Notes: generated by a model not told the origin, from the letters alone. A stretch of DNA of 64,000 bases from Octopus sinensis (GCF_006345805.1 NC_043000.1:78864001-78928000); one strand, 5' to 3'. Positions 25,764-40,389 are shown, counted from the first letter of the stretch. Program-made: numbers and translations.

Positions 25764-28700
25764 GCACAACTACTTCTTCAAGGACATATATTACATCAAA
25801 AATTCTTGGTTGGGGATGCAAATCCTCTCATTCGCGTACGACGTAATGCGGCAACAGCATAAAAATGAAGCGTCCATCTCGTTCTTCTCTCAATGTAGAA
25901 TGCGGAAGTTTGGATGTTGAAGTAATATAAATAAATAAATAAATAAATAAATATATACATATAAAAATATATAAATATATAAATACAGACAGACGTGAAG
26001 GAACCTGGTAATAAGAGCAAATAGAGATAAAGATGGAGGGGCGAGAATTCAGGACGAAGGATAAAAGATATATAAAAATTGTAAGTATATAAAAATATAA
26101 AAATGTAGAGTATAAAGATATAAAGAGATATAAAAAATATTAAAAAATATAAATGAATATAAAGGTATAAAGTTATAAAAATAAAATTAAAAAGTGTAAA
26201 AGAATATAAGGATAAGGGATATATAGTAGTTACGGACCAAACATGGTGGTCAGGAAAATGACAAATTCTGGTTGTAGAAGTCTTGGGTGTCATAAATCAA
26301 TCGGGGCGTCTGGGGACCTAGTGTATTGTAAATTAGAGTTGTTGAGCAGCTTATCTAGTTCTTCGTAACGTATTAAATGGTCATCGCGTACATACGCACC
26401 CGCATGGATACATACACCCATATATACGCGCACATATACGCACGCATACGCAGCTACACGCATACAAGCACACATACGTACTCACGTGTAAACATATACA
26501 TATGGAAAAGGCGCATGTAGTTGGGTACACGAACCGACGCGCACGCGTACGTACATACATACACTCTCATGCGTTCATATAGGCACACTCGCACTTACAC
26601 GCATTCACAAGACGAAGTGAATCCCTATGCGTGTGGGCAGGAATATGTATACACATACACACGCGCGCACATACGCATATATATATACACACAACAGAAT
26701 ATGTATATATATACACGAACAATATACATGTACATATATATATACACACACCCACATACGCATATACATATACACACACACATATGCATACATATATATG
26801 CACATATATACATATGCATATATACACATGTGCATACACACAAATATACACACGCCCATACCCGCACACGCACATATATATATATGTGTGCATACATGCA
26901 CACCCACGTGTGCATACACACACGCATACATACATACACACGGACCCATGCACACGTATCCACACGCACACACACACACATCTGTGTGTCCATACGTGCG
27001 TGTGCGCATACACTTAGATACGCATACACAGACACCCACACATATAGGTATAGATATAAGATATTAAGAGATGTATAAAAAATGTATATAAGAAATCTAC
27101 AAAAGCATGTAAAAAAATTATTAAAGAAGTATAACGGGGGGGGGTACACATCTAGACACAGATATTTACTCATACATACGCATACACATGTATACATATA
27201 CATACATACACAGACACACGTATAATCATAAAGCGGATACATAGATAAGTAAATAAGGAAAAAGCTAAAAATAGACCTATATAGAGATATAAAGTGATAA
27301 AATAGGGGTAAAAATAGGTGTAAGAATAAGGGTAAGAATAAGAATTAGAGATAAAAATAAGAAATAAAATATAAAAATTAGAAATAAAATATAAAATTAT
27401 AAAAACTATAAAAATTAAAATAAAGAATGAAAATAAAAATAAGTATAAAAGTAAAGTAAAATAAAATAGGATAAAATAAAATAAAAATGTAGTCGGGTAA
27501 GGCTTAACATGAGATGAAGGTAAAAATAAAAGGTAGTTGAAAATGTAAAGTTAAAGGTGTGTGCTAAAGGTGACCACGTAGGGGCGGGCGGGGGAAACTG
27601 AAAATTGGAAGGGTGGGACGCGGGGACACGTGTGCGTGGGTCCGTTTTTTTACATCCGTTTGCAGATTTGTTATATACATTTTTTATACATCTCTTAATA
27701 TCTTATATCTATACCTATATGTGTGGGTGTCTGTGTATGCGTATCTAAGTGTATGCGCACACGCACGTATGGACACACAGATGTGTGTGTGTGTGCGTGT
27801 GGATACGTGTGCATGGGTCCGTGTGTATGTATGTATGCGTGTATGTATGCACACGTGGGTGTGCATGTATGCACACATATATATATGTGCGTGTGCGGGT
27901 ATGGGCGTGTGTATATTTGTGTGTATGCACATGTGTATATTATGCATATGTATATATGTGCATATATATGTATGCACATGTGTGTGTGTATATGTATATG
28001 CGTATGTGGGTGTGTGTATATATATATATATGTACATGTATATTGTCCGTGTATATATATACATATTCTGTTGTGTGTATATATATATGCGTATGTGCGC
28101 GCGTGTGTATGTGTATACATATTCCTGCCCACACGCATAGGGATTCACTTCGTCTTGTGAATGCGTGTAAGTGCGAGTGTGCCTATATGAACGCATGAGA
28201 GTGTATGTACGTACGCGTGCGCGTCGGTTCGTGTACCCAACTACATGCGCCTTTTCCATATATATCTGTATATGTTTACACGTGAGTACGTATGTATGCT
28301 TGTATGCGTGTAGCTGCGTATGCGTGCGTATATGTGCGCGTATATATGGGTGTATGTATCCATGCGGGTGTGTATGTACACGATGACCATTTAATACGTT
28401 ACGAAGAACTAGATAAGCTGCTCAACAACTCTAATTTACAATACACTAGGTCCCCAGACGCCCCGATTGATTTATGACACCCAAGACTTCTACAACCAGA
28501 ATTTGTCATTTTCCTGACCACCATGTTTGGTCCGTAACTACTATATATCCCTTATCCTTATATTCTTTTACACTTTTTAATTTTATTTTTATAACTTTAT
28601 ACCTTTATATTCATTTATATTTTTTAATATTTTTTATATCTCTTTATATCTTTATACTCTACATTTTTATATTTTTATATACTTACAATTTTTATATATC

Positions 28701-29003
28701 TTTTATCCTTCGTCCTGAATTCTCGCCCCTCCATCTTTATCTCTATTTGCTCTTATTACCAGGTTCCTTCACGTCTGTCTGTATTTATATATTTATATAT
28801 TTTTATATGTATATATTTATTTATTTATTTATTTATTTATATTACTTCAACATCCAAACTTCCTCATTCTACATTGAGAGAAGAACGAGATGGACGCTTC
28901 ATTTTTATGCTGTTGCCGCATTACGTCGTACGCGAATGAGAGGATTTGCATCCCCAACCAAGAATTTTTGATGTAATACATGTCCTTGAAGAAGTAGTTG
29001 TGC

Positions 29004-29081
29004 GCGGCTGAAGAAGGCCACAGACGCACATTATGCATTGTTATAAATCCGTCTAATAAAGGCCCGAAACATATGTACCGC
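29004..29081 (+). ncRNA. Type I hammerhead ribozyme, extended stem II
   Basis: GCGG CUGAAGA A GGCC..AGACG..CGUCU..GGCC C GAAA C AUAU GUA^ CCGC; cleavage predicted after 29077. Confidence 0.78.
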
Positions 29082-29111
29082 TGAACCCTTGGCATCATGT
29101 TTTTATTTTGA

Positions 29112-29182
<71 letters not shown>

Positions 29183-29289
29183 GTTATCCGTAATAATGAA
29201 GGGTGAAATTAATTACTCCAATTTACTCCACCACCTACACCACCAAACGGTATATACAGGTGCTTACAATTATCAAGTACTCACCCCGA

Positions 29290-29378
<89 letters not shown>

Positions 29379-29443
29379 TGTATGTATGCATGTATGTATG
29401 TATGTCTAAACACAAACATTCATACATACATAAATTTTGCTTC

Positions 29444-29543
29444 NNNNNNNNNNNNNNNNNNNNNNNNNNNNNNNNNNNNNNNNNNNNNNNNNNNNNNNNN
29501 NNNNNNNNNNNNNNNNNNNNNNNNNNNNNNNNNNNNNNNNNNN
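29444..29543. other. Scaffold gap (100 N)
   Basis: Run of N. Confidence 1.
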
Positions 29544-29655
29544 CCACCTCCCAGCCTGGATCATAGCCCTGCTCTTGCCCACGCTACCGTGCTTGCCCCT
29601 ACATCTCCAACACCAATATTTTCTTTTCTTTATTTTATGAATATTCTTATATATA

Positions 29656-30190
29656 TCTCTTATTATAAAAGGCAGATTTTATCTGCCTCCCTTTGTAACT
29701 TATAGAAATCTACAATATAGGATTTCTTCAATTAAAATTTACCTAGCATTTTTAAGAATAGAATGCATCGGGTCATGCCAGGTCCAGTTTTTCAAATTTA
29801 AACTCCAATTAAGCAAAATTTACAGAAAACTCACATTCTGGTGTGTATGTCAAATGTTTTTCTTAATGTGGTTTACACCACACGCACACGCAGACACACA
29901 GTGTGCAACGAATAAAATGAAAGTAAATAGCGACAGAGTGATTTGAGGAAGACTAAACTGAAAGTATTTAAACCACTACTCAAAAAATAAAAAAACACAG
30001 CAAACAGAAACAAATAAATACATAACGATTTACTCCTCACACAATTTCTTCAATTAGATTTTTCAAAGTACTCCATTCGGTCATGCCATAATATATTTCT
30101 TTCAATTTCACCCCCAATTAAGACAAAATTCGAGAAAACTCAATATTTTAACATTTCACTCCGAAAGCATTGATGTACATGTGTGCGTGC

Positions 30191-30231
<41 letters not shown>

Positions 30232-31310
30232 ATGGGTTGTGCGACACAGAAAGTGTGGTGTGTAAGTGAAGTGCTTTTGTTAGTGTGTGTAAAGAGACAG
30301 ACAGAGTGAAAGACAGAAATAACTGAACTTTTTTTATTCACTTTTTGTAGTGAGTGACTGAGAGAGAAAAGAGAGAGAGAGGTTATGTATGTATATATGT
30401 ATGTATGGCTTCAGTGACACACGCACACAAAAACACATACCTACGTACACCTAAAGCACGCACACACACACACAAGCGGAGCGCGAACTTCAAAATTTTG
30501 GTAGTATTAATTTGCGAGCGTACTTCTAAGCGCGCGTAATTGAAAGTTTTCACTATGATATCATCACGTGCGAAAAAATTCGAAGGGTTTTGAACAATTG
30601 AGATACACATGTCACGCCTGTATTGAAACCATTGCTAAGCTGCCGTAATTGCTTAATTAAGACTTTGTTTAAATTGAAAGGGGCAAATATGTGACGAGGT
30701 TGAAAAAAAATACCCCAGAAAAAAAATGTACTGCTGGTATTTATATAATTCACTACTATTTTGCTACAATGTCATGAAAAAGAAAAAATTTAGGTATGTA
30801 AATCGAATTCGCCACCCCCTTTTCCCCGTTCGCGTTTGTGTAAAAAAAATTATTATTTAAGTTTTAAAAATTATTTACTTTGTTCAAAAAATATTAATAT
30901 TAATTAATTTTCAAGAATTATTTAATTTTATTCTGTAAAATAGTAATTAATTCATTTATCTGTAAATCCGCGAGGTTGTTACTCAGGCACCTAGAATGGT
31001 AACCTTCAACTAACACTATCTCCTCCGAGACCCTGCGGCGCAAGTTGACCAAAATTGAGAGTATGGTAGAAGAAGGGTTGCTCTTCCTTCCGTAGAACAT
31101 AAAATTCAAATCGGACCATGTTAACACCAAAAATTATTTACATCAAAAAGATGCTTTTTTCTATGAAAATCCCTATTTTTTACGATTTTTTCACTGCTGT
31201 GTCGCCACTTTTCGGTGTATTTCGACCAGAAAAATGTTCACAAAACTTTTACTTTTCAAAATTACAATTCCAGCGGGTCGAAACAAACCCGAGCAACGCG
31301 ATACTGCTAG
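29656..31310 (+). mobile_element. Non-autonomous Helitron present only in the right arm
   Basis: A|TCTCTTATTATAAAAG start; ends CCCGAGCAACGCGATACTGCTAG|T; empty (TA)n site at ~17684-17703. Confidence 0.78.
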
Positions 31311-31670
31311 TATATATATATTTACATACCCACACCTATTTTGAATATCTTTCTATATACCTTTATATACTCACATGTAAAGCCTTATTCTTTATATTTT
31401 TGTAATTTACCTTATTTCACACACTTTCTAATTTATCATGTGCACAGGACTTGCCCTTTATGGCCATCCACTATATTTTTCTATTATTCCATTTCCTATC
31501 CACCGTAATTTAAAGTTTTAAAAACGCTACGTCAAACATATACACGTATATTCAAACAAACATGTATCCTTATCATGTTTTTCCCTTCTATCTCTATTTT
31601 CCAATTTTCTTCTCTTCCTCTCTCAGTTGAAATTTTTCTCGCTCTTTTTCTCTCACACCAACTTCCTTCA

Positions 31671-32576
31671 TCTATATATATAATAGTGAAGTTGTGTGAG
31701 TGTCTGTCTCCTACGATTTAGATTCCTAACTACTCCCACATTTTGCGGTGCAGTTTAACCAAATTCGGGTACCTTATAGTCGTGATTCATATCGAGCCCT
31801 TCTGAGTATTAGCGCGCGTCTACGATGAGTCTACGATTTTAAAAATAATTTACCATAATTTTTTCCATTTTAACGCATATTTTTTCGTGTGTCGATGGCG
31901 GCGGATTTGGCGTCCATGCTCACACCTGCACCTGTGTTGCTTCTCCCCCTTCTTCCCTCCCTCGTGAAGCCGTGGGGAAGGGAGTGTAAGGAAATCAACG
32001 TCGTAAAGCGTTGTCAAGGAGACCAGCGTTCTTTTAGAACAACGACTTCATGGCTTGAAGTCGCCAAAACAGAAATCGCTAAAAAAGCTGAAACAGATCC
32101 ACAAAAACGGCAAAAACCGCCACACAGGGTAGGTTTCCTGTGCAAACAATTTGCACAACCGAATGTTTTAGTTGTTGCACAAATCTTTATATATAAAAGT
32201 GAAGTTGTGTGTCTGTCTCCTACGATTTAGATTCCTAACTACTCCCACATTTTGCGGTGCAGTTTAACCAAAACCGGGTATCTTATAGTCGTGATTCATA
32301 TCGAGCCCTTCTGGGTATTAGCGCGCGTCTACAATGAGTCTACAATTTTAAAAATAATTTACCATCATTTTTTTCCATTTTAATACATTTTTTTGCTATT
32401 ATATAAGGGAAGTAACTCTCTAAAAATGTCTACGATGAGTCAACGATTTAAAAAAATTTACTATAATTTTTTCCATTTTTAATGCATTTTTTTGCTATTT
32501 TTTGGCTATAACTCTCTAAAAATGCTTTATAGTTATTTCCCTTACAAACCCGAGCAACGCCGGGCGATACTGCTAG
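31671..32576 (+). mobile_element. Compound non-autonomous Helitron (mirror of 15986-16837)
   Basis: A|TCTATATATA start; CCCGAGCAACGCCGGG hairpin and CTAG|T end. Confidence 0.8.
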
Positions 32577-33314
32577 TTTTTATATATACATATTATATAT
32601 TTATTTATCTTACCCTTTATTATTGTTATTTTCTGTGTGGAACATATTCGCCCTTAATTTTTACTCACCCATTAAGTTTTAAAATTGTTTATTCAACTCA
32701 TTTCAATTTTCCATTATTTTAAAATATGTTGGGACCTTGCATCGCCTTGCCTGAAATTTGAAACCAAATCCACCAGCTTGTTGTTTGTCAAAACGAGCTA
32801 CTGTCCTTTCAACTACCTGTCGGGCAAACGAATATATATATATGTAAATAATATTTCTTTTTGGTGTTGATTCTTCAATGTTCAGTGGGTACTCCGACGC
32901 GAAAGCCTTTAAGCGTTACATCTATACGCTACATTCGGTAGTGGGCTACATCATATCGACATGATATGGCATCTCACATTCAGCTCACTACAGATACTTC
33001 AAGTTATCTTCTTATTCCGAATACTTACGACTGTCTGACAAACGGTTACATTGAACAACTTATTAAAAATTTTTGCAGCCTCAATATAAAATTTTATTCT
33101 TCTTTTGGTCTTAAAGTATTATTTTCTCAACCTTGTTTTTGCACTTACCTGCTCACACGTGTAGTGTGTGTGTATAAATACATAGACATACATTCGTACA
33201 TACATACATACATACATACATACATACATACATACATACATACATACATACATACATACATAACCTTAAATACCTGCCCAAAGAAATCTCTCGACACTAC
33301 CGCATTGTATTAAC

Positions 33315-34110
33315 AGATAAAAGAATGAGCATATATGAGCAGAAGACTATGCATGGATACGTTAGTAGAAAGCTCCTAGATGATAGTAACATTGATCATC
33401 ATCCAAACAGTCTAACATGAACCAACAACCGGATTACTACTTCCCGCTTTGAAGGGTATGCGTTTGCAATCCAAGAACAGGAAATATCAACGAAATACCT
33501 GATGCATAAAAGGGACAGAGAAGCAGGAAAAGCATTAAAATTAAAATGCGACAATCGATGCAGACTTTGTGGAGTTAACACCGAAGATATCAGCCACAAA
33601 ATAAGCAGGTGTCCGGAAATGTCATCACGGTGTTATCTACCGATGAGACATGATGTTGTAGCTAGGACGCCCTATAACGTATCCGTCGAAAGGATGAGCC
33701 TGGAGTCAAAGAAGCAAGAACCTACAGTATGGTGGAAGCCATAGCCACTCATAAGGCGTACTGTTGGAATGTCCCAGTGAAAATCTCAATTTAATGTGAA
33801 CACAATGGACTTGATATACTAATTTGGAATAGAGAAGTGAAACTGTGTACAGTTGTAGAAACCAGCTGCCCAGGAGATGTTAGCAAAAGGCTGAATATCA
33901 GTGAGAAAGAGAATTCCTACGCTGAACTATTGAGATATCTGCAGTTACTCTATCCAGATTACAAGTTCATATTTATACCTGTAATTATTGGGGTACTGGG
34001 ATATGTAAGACATTTCCCAAATAACAATCTTGAGAAATTAGGCTTCACAAATCCAGGAAGGAGATAGCTGATTCGAAGATTACAGATCCAATCCATCAGG
34101 AGTTAAAAAA
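33315..34110 (+). mobile_element. R4/Dong-like RLE LINE 3' fragment (mirror copy)
   Basis: Mirror of 14400-15200. Confidence 0.75.
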
Positions 34111-34511
34111 TCTGTAAAACTTTCCAGAAGTTTATCATTTAAATATATATGAGTATGTCTACATATGAAAGTATATGCAAGTATATGACATACATGAAAC
34201 AAAATATACAAATCTGTACGTATACATTTATACATACATACATACATACATATACATACATACATGCATACATACATACATACATACATACATACATACA
34301 TACATACATACATACATACATACATACAAACAAAATATCCTGTTGTTGATGTTGAAATTGGCTATAGTTTAGAAGCCGAATCTTCCTCTATTGGCAAGAC
34401 ATCTTGAAATAAAACTGAATAATGACACACATACAAATATACATACATACATACATACATACATACATACATACATACATACATACATACATACATACAT
34501 ACATACAAAAA

Positions 34512-34542
<31 letters not shown>

Positions 34543-34928
34543 TTGTGAATACATGTATATACATATATGTAAAAGGGCAGATAGAAACGATTAAAAAGCA
34601 TGCATTAGAGATATTGAGAGAGGAGAGAAAAGGTCAAGTGTGGAAGTAGGGGATAAAGCAATTATGTACAACTTGTCGGGCGCAACGAAAAGAGAAACAA
34701 AGCAGAAGCAGTCTCACAATAAAAAAAAAGAAACTAGTCAAAAGATACAAGCGAAATACGATTTGAAATGTATTAGAGGACGCCCAAAGAATTCAAACAA
34801 TTCAAACAAAGGGCGATAATTTAAAGTGTAAATAATAATATGAAACTTAGAGGATCTTCGGCAAAAACTATATAAACACATATCTATCTATTATTTAGCT
34901 CTCTCCATCTCTCTCTCTCTCTTTCTAT

Positions 34929-35011
<83 letters not shown>

Positions 35012-35030
35012 CATATATATATATATATAT

Positions 35031-35450
35031 TAGCTATAGAGGTAATATTTACTCCCACTTATACGCGGAAGTTCTGTTAGAACAAACTTTACTATGGTAG
35101 ATACCATAAGAGAAACTCTTTTATATTGCTAGCTTGGAGTTGAACCCCCACGAATTGCAACGCCAAGACTGCCGGATCACATGATTTTGACCTTCCTTTG
35201 TCTCGTCGGTGATGGACGCTCGACCGCTAGGGATAGCGTCGACTCACCTCCCCGCCAGCAATATATTGAAAATTAGTGGTTAGCCATATTTAGATGGCAA
35301 ATATACCTCACATTGTTGTACAGTTACTGTTTATACCTCGTTCAGAGATTTATTATTGCTTGTATACACTTTTTCAAGATCAGTGACGAAAAGTTACTGG
35401 AAAAAGGGTATAAATAATTGCATTGGGACTCCTTTCATCGAAAACCGGTG
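35031..35450 (+). mobile_element. 5' half of hammerhead host element (mirror copy)
   Basis: 37-nt repeat 35274-35310, TATAAATA 35409-35416, target 35434-35450. Confidence 0.65.
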
Positions 35451-38400
35451 TTTTGACTCGTCTAGGGACCCCTCTCTCATCTGTGTATTGAGAAGTTAGC
35501 TACCTATTTTGTTGAGTGAGTTCGTTTTTTGTTCGTCGTTGTTTGTGTTTGCTCGTGAATTGAACAGTTGTCCGTTGTGTGACAGTAACAAAGAGAAAAA
35601 AATAATGGACGTGAAGAACGAAATAGTAGAGAAGTGCTTGTCCCCGGTGTGGAGCAAACTTCGCTACGTCGGTCGAGGTGCCCGCAGCGCTACCGTTGAA
35701 GTACATTTCGACTCGGCTGATGTGGCAAGAGAGATTTCATCGATGACCTTAAAAAGTGAGGACATCATGTTACTACCTACCTATATGGGCAAAAGAACTG
35801 CGAAACTATATGTGGAAGACATACCAAGAGGATATGATATAATGTGGGTAGCAGCGGCGGTTCTGCACGGCGTAGAGCAGAAAGTCTCAATTCTGCAGAT
35901 GAAAAGGAAAGAGGAGGTAAACTGGAAGGGACAAGCGCTCGAACTCCTCGTTCAAGCAGAAAATAATGTGCTAGAAAACTTATCCGATAGGGTATTTATT
36001 GAGGAGGGAATTACAATAAGAGTGTCAGTGGAGGGGCGCAGACCTAGGTGTTTCAAATGTGGTGAAAAAGGTCACGTCCGCTCGAACTGCATAAAAAAAA
36101 AAGAAAAAAAAGCGAAGCCCCTCCTCAAAGTGCTTCAAACACAGAAAAAGAAAAGGCGGAAAAAGACCCCAAGACTGCGACAAGGAAGGGAATCGAACAA
36201 ATGGAATTTACACAGGTGACACGCAAAAGAAAAAAAGAAAATACCCTGGACTCTCCTCTCCAAACAAAGAAAAAATCAGCAAACACCGCAGAGATACATA
36301 CAAAACAAATTCCCCAGCCCTACCCCCACGGCACTGTATTCATTGCAACACAGTTCGCCAAGCCCCTCCCCATAAAACAAGATTGGAAAAAATTGATTTA
36401 AAAAAATGAAAAGATTGTAGCATTCGACGAGAGGAACGATAGAGTGTTTAAGTATTTAAAATTTTCAAAACTGAAATTATTGAGTAAGTCTGCAGACACG
36501 AAGTCGACCATTCGTTTTGCAAAAATAAAGGAAGACGAGTGGAAGGAAAAAACACTCCAAGAACATTTTTAAAATAACCTTATCAGAGACGTAACTAACG
36601 AAATACTGGAGGGCAAACTTACTATAACCCCGGCAACCACACCTACCCAGAGCCCGATGGCAACGCCGGTTAAGAGCCCTGCAGCTACGACCACAAGGGA
36701 GGAAGAAGGGGAAGCATGCAGATTTAAACTGTCATGCTCCCTGTCCCAACCGTAAGTTTTTTTTTCTCTCTCTCTCTCCGACAATGGCAAAGCTGGGTTG
36801 TGTGAATGTGCGTGGAATGGGGTCGAAATGGAAACAAATTTGTCTCCTGAACGACCTCACGACACACGGAGTGGACGTAGCTATTGTAACCGAGTCCAAG
36901 ATGAACGGGACCCAAGCGTTCATCTAAATGGTTTCGAGAAATTTATTTCTCCTAGCCGAGGAGGAGGAAGGGGCGTGGCAGTCCTTATCAGGAAGAGCTT
37001 GGACTTGCAGGTAAGTACTGTCTTTCTGGACCCAGAAGGCAGGCTGGTCGTTCTGGATGTGACCCACGTAAGTAAACAGTCCTTCAGGTTGGTAGCTGTC
37101 TACGCTCCGGAAGAGTGTAGGCAGTCGGATTTTTCTCGGAATCTGTAGCACTTTTTAGTGACGTCGAAAACGGTAGTCTTAGTAGGGGACTTTAACACTG
37201 TCCTCGAAGCGCGCGTCGACAGTGTTGGCTCAACCAATAGGAAGGGGAACCCTAGCCTCAAGGGTCTACTAGAGAGCTTTAATCTAGTAGACCGTTATCG
37301 ACTGGATGAGCCGAGCGTTCCACAGTGGACGTGGAGTAACAACGACGGCTCACGCAGATCGTATATAGATAGGATATTCGTTAGGAAAAGAGATATGGAT
37401 ACGTTTAGTTGTCCACAGTTTCACATTGTGCCTTACACGGATCACAAATTTGTGACTTGTAGGGTGCAATTAGATAAATGCCATAGACAGGGACCCGGGT
37501 ACTGGAAGCTGAACAAGTCTATTTTGAATTGTGAAGACTTCCGTACCCGGATTAAGGTGTTAGTACAGAGGGCATTATGTGGCACCATCATTAACAATAG
37601 ATGGTGGGACTCCCTCAAAAGAGCCATTCGTTCAGAGTCCATTAGATTTAGCAATCAGCTAAGGTTAGATAGGTCTAGGATAGAGGACGATTTAGTTAAG
37701 AATCTAAACGAGGCAATGGAATCTGGCTCTGCATCCGGAGTGATGGCGGCAAGGACGGTATTGTACCGTCACCTTAACTCCAAACACGAAGGTTGCAGAG
37801 TTAGAGCTAAGCTACGCGCAGGGAAACGAGAAGGTATTAACGTTGAAGATGGGCCTGTCGAGTGGAGAGTCAGAGAGGTAACAAAGCTTCAATCAAGTCT
37901 TTAACTGACGAACAGGGACACAAGATCTATGGACAGGAGGAGATGCAAAAGCTTCTTCACCAGCATTTCGCCCGCATGTTCGTGGGGGGGGGTCGCTGGA
38001 GCGGAGGAGGGCCTTATAGGACTTCCTAGCCGGCGGCCCGCGGCTCTCAGGGCGTGAAGTGGAGTGCTGTGAAGGAGCGATCACTCCCGCGGAGATAGAG
38101 GGGGTACTGGCCGGATGCGCCGGGGAGAAGTCGCCGGGGTTGGATGGTCTGCCCTACGAGTTTTATCAAAGTATGCCGGACTTGTTCGGGGGAATACTGG
38201 CAGGCGTCTACGCGAACTGGCAGCAGAACGGGAGAATTCCCACTTCTGTAAGCCGGGGAGTGGTGACGCTAATCCAGAAAGACCCGAGCAAGGGGGATAA
38301 CATTAGTAATTACAGACCCATAACTCTACTTAATGTAGAGTTGAAGATTTTGGCCAAGGTGTTGGCAAAAAGGTTGACGACTGTCATGGAGAAACTTGTA

Positions 38401-40389
38401 GGGAAAGCACAGACATGTGCAATTCCATGCAGGTCGATCCAGGACAATCTTCACCTTATACGCTACACCTTAGATAGGGTGGGTAAATTAACCGGCATTT
38501 AGACCAAAGTAAAGCGTTCGATTGGGTAGACCATAAGTACCTGGCGACGGGCCTCGAAGCGGCTGGGCTGGGCCCTGAATTTCGCGGGTGGATCTCCGCT
38601 ATGTATAGCGGCATCAAGTCCACCGTCCAGATAAACGGTTACCTGACGGAACCGTTTTCGATCGAATGTTCAGTTCGTCAAGGGTGCCCCTTGTCACCAC
38701 TTTTGTACGTGTTGGCTCTCGAGCTGCGAAAGTTGGAGAGACTGGGAAGTAACCCGGATGAGATCGGAGGCGGGAGGACGGTTTCTGCTTATGCGGATGA
38801 CGTCACCCTCATCGTGTCCAATGTGGCTCAGCTACCTTGTGTAGAAGATGCTATCAGAAGATGCTATCAGAGGTGGCAGGAGCAAAAGTTAACAAGGACA
38901 AGTCGATTGGCTTACGCCTCGGCACCTGGAGTGCAAGTCGATATCACCCAGTGCCGTGGGACACTGGACAGATGGTCCTGTTAAGTTTCTAGGAGTTTGG
39001 TTGGGGCCAGACTCCCAAACGGAGAGGAATTGGAGTGAGGTGACGGACAAGGTGGAGGCCATAGTACGGACCTGGTCCGGAAAGTTTCTGTCCTTGAAAG
39101 GAAGAGCGGAGGTGGTACAGATGTTCATTGCATCTGTAATCACTTACCGCCTGACCGTTGTCCCTTGCCCCGATTCATGGCTTAGCAAGTTGGAGTGAAT
39201 CCTTTTCCGCTTTTTGTGGAAGAGAGGAAAGCCACTTGTGAGGCGCTCCGTTTGCTGCCAGGAACCGTTAAAGGGTGGGTTAGGAATGCCTTGGTTGATG
39301 ATGCGCAGACATGCGTTGAGGCTGAAGCATCTCTGGCACCACCTGGAGGGTGATAAGGTGTGGAGTCCGCTGGCAGGGGAATTTTTCTCGAGACCGGCTT
39401 CCTTAGTTAATTTTAAACCCGGTTGCATCAAAAGACGGAATCTGACTTTATGGCAAAAGGAGTGCAAGCAGGCACTCACGCTGATCCACAAGGCGGGCAA
39501 GGCCGGCTGCGGAAATACCACCTCGGTATTTTATAGCAGGCTTGTAGAGGCAAAGAACGACGTCGTCCTTGGAGGGGCTATTGGGTTTGACGAGGAGCAG
39601 CTTACCAAGCTGTTTAAAAAGACTTTCAGGACGGGGTATTTGGATAATTTCCAAAGATCCCTGGCCTGGCAGTGTTATAGGAATGCTTTACCTGTTCGCG
39701 AGAAGTTATCGCGGCACGGAATTTCAGTGTCACCGACGTGTCCAAGATGCGGGTTGGACGATGAAACCGTCCAGCACGCTTTTGTACACTGTCGGCAGTT
39801 GTCAGACTTGATAAGTTACGCAGAACACGTGTTATCGCATCTGGGACGAGTACAGCTGTCGGCTGAGTCTATGATTAAGATGATACCGCCAGCTGGACTC
39901 TCGAAGGAAGGTGAGGCATGTTTTCACTGCACGGTTGCAGTAGTAAAAGAATGCATGTGGCGTACAAGAATGGAAGGAGCCGCAATAGGATCCTTTGTCT
40001 TAGGCCCCGGCTTGCTCACTTACTTCAGATATCATCTGAAGAGCAAAATAGGGCTGGAAAAGAAGACCTTACCACGAGGTGTGTATGAAAAAAGATGGAA
40101 GGAAGTGGCGAAAAAGGTGGGTGTCAGAAACCCAGTTTAACTATGGATGGAGAAGAGGAAAGGAAAGCTGCGGGGCCTTATAGGTTGCCGGGGTTTAAAA
40201 TATATCGGTAAGATTTCAATCTAATGTAATGTTATATTAGTCAATGCAAAGAACAATTTAAATACAGTTTTTTGTATAATGAATAATCCATATATTGTGG
40301 AAATTTTAAAACGAACCACTTAACTGTTTTGTATGTATGTCCTGTATTGTTCTTCTATGTACTGATTTTATAATCGTAATAAAGAATTA
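35451..40389 (+). mobile_element. LINE C' (ORF1 ~35605-36755, ORF2 36784-40140, both disrupted)
   Basis: Mirror of 8116-13044; followed by ATCGAAAACCGGTG at 40390-40403. Confidence 0.93.

Larger units (their letters stand above)
25650..29118. repeat. ~1.45-kb-arm inverted repeat of a non-coding hammerhead-bearing (Penelope-like) element
   Basis: 25650-~27110 is the near-exact reverse complement of ~27650-29118; both outer ends run into (TA)n. Confidence 0.88.

Noticed and set aside
26521-28477. Many long His/Thr/Tyr- or Cys/Val-rich ORFs
   Set aside because: Translations of degenerate (CA)/(TA) microsatellite, open in several frames on both strands
31515-31540. AAAAACGCTACGTC as a decayed hammerhead 3' half near the Penelope remnant (mirror ~17468-17485)
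   Set aside because: No CUGANGA box or stem I partner could be found
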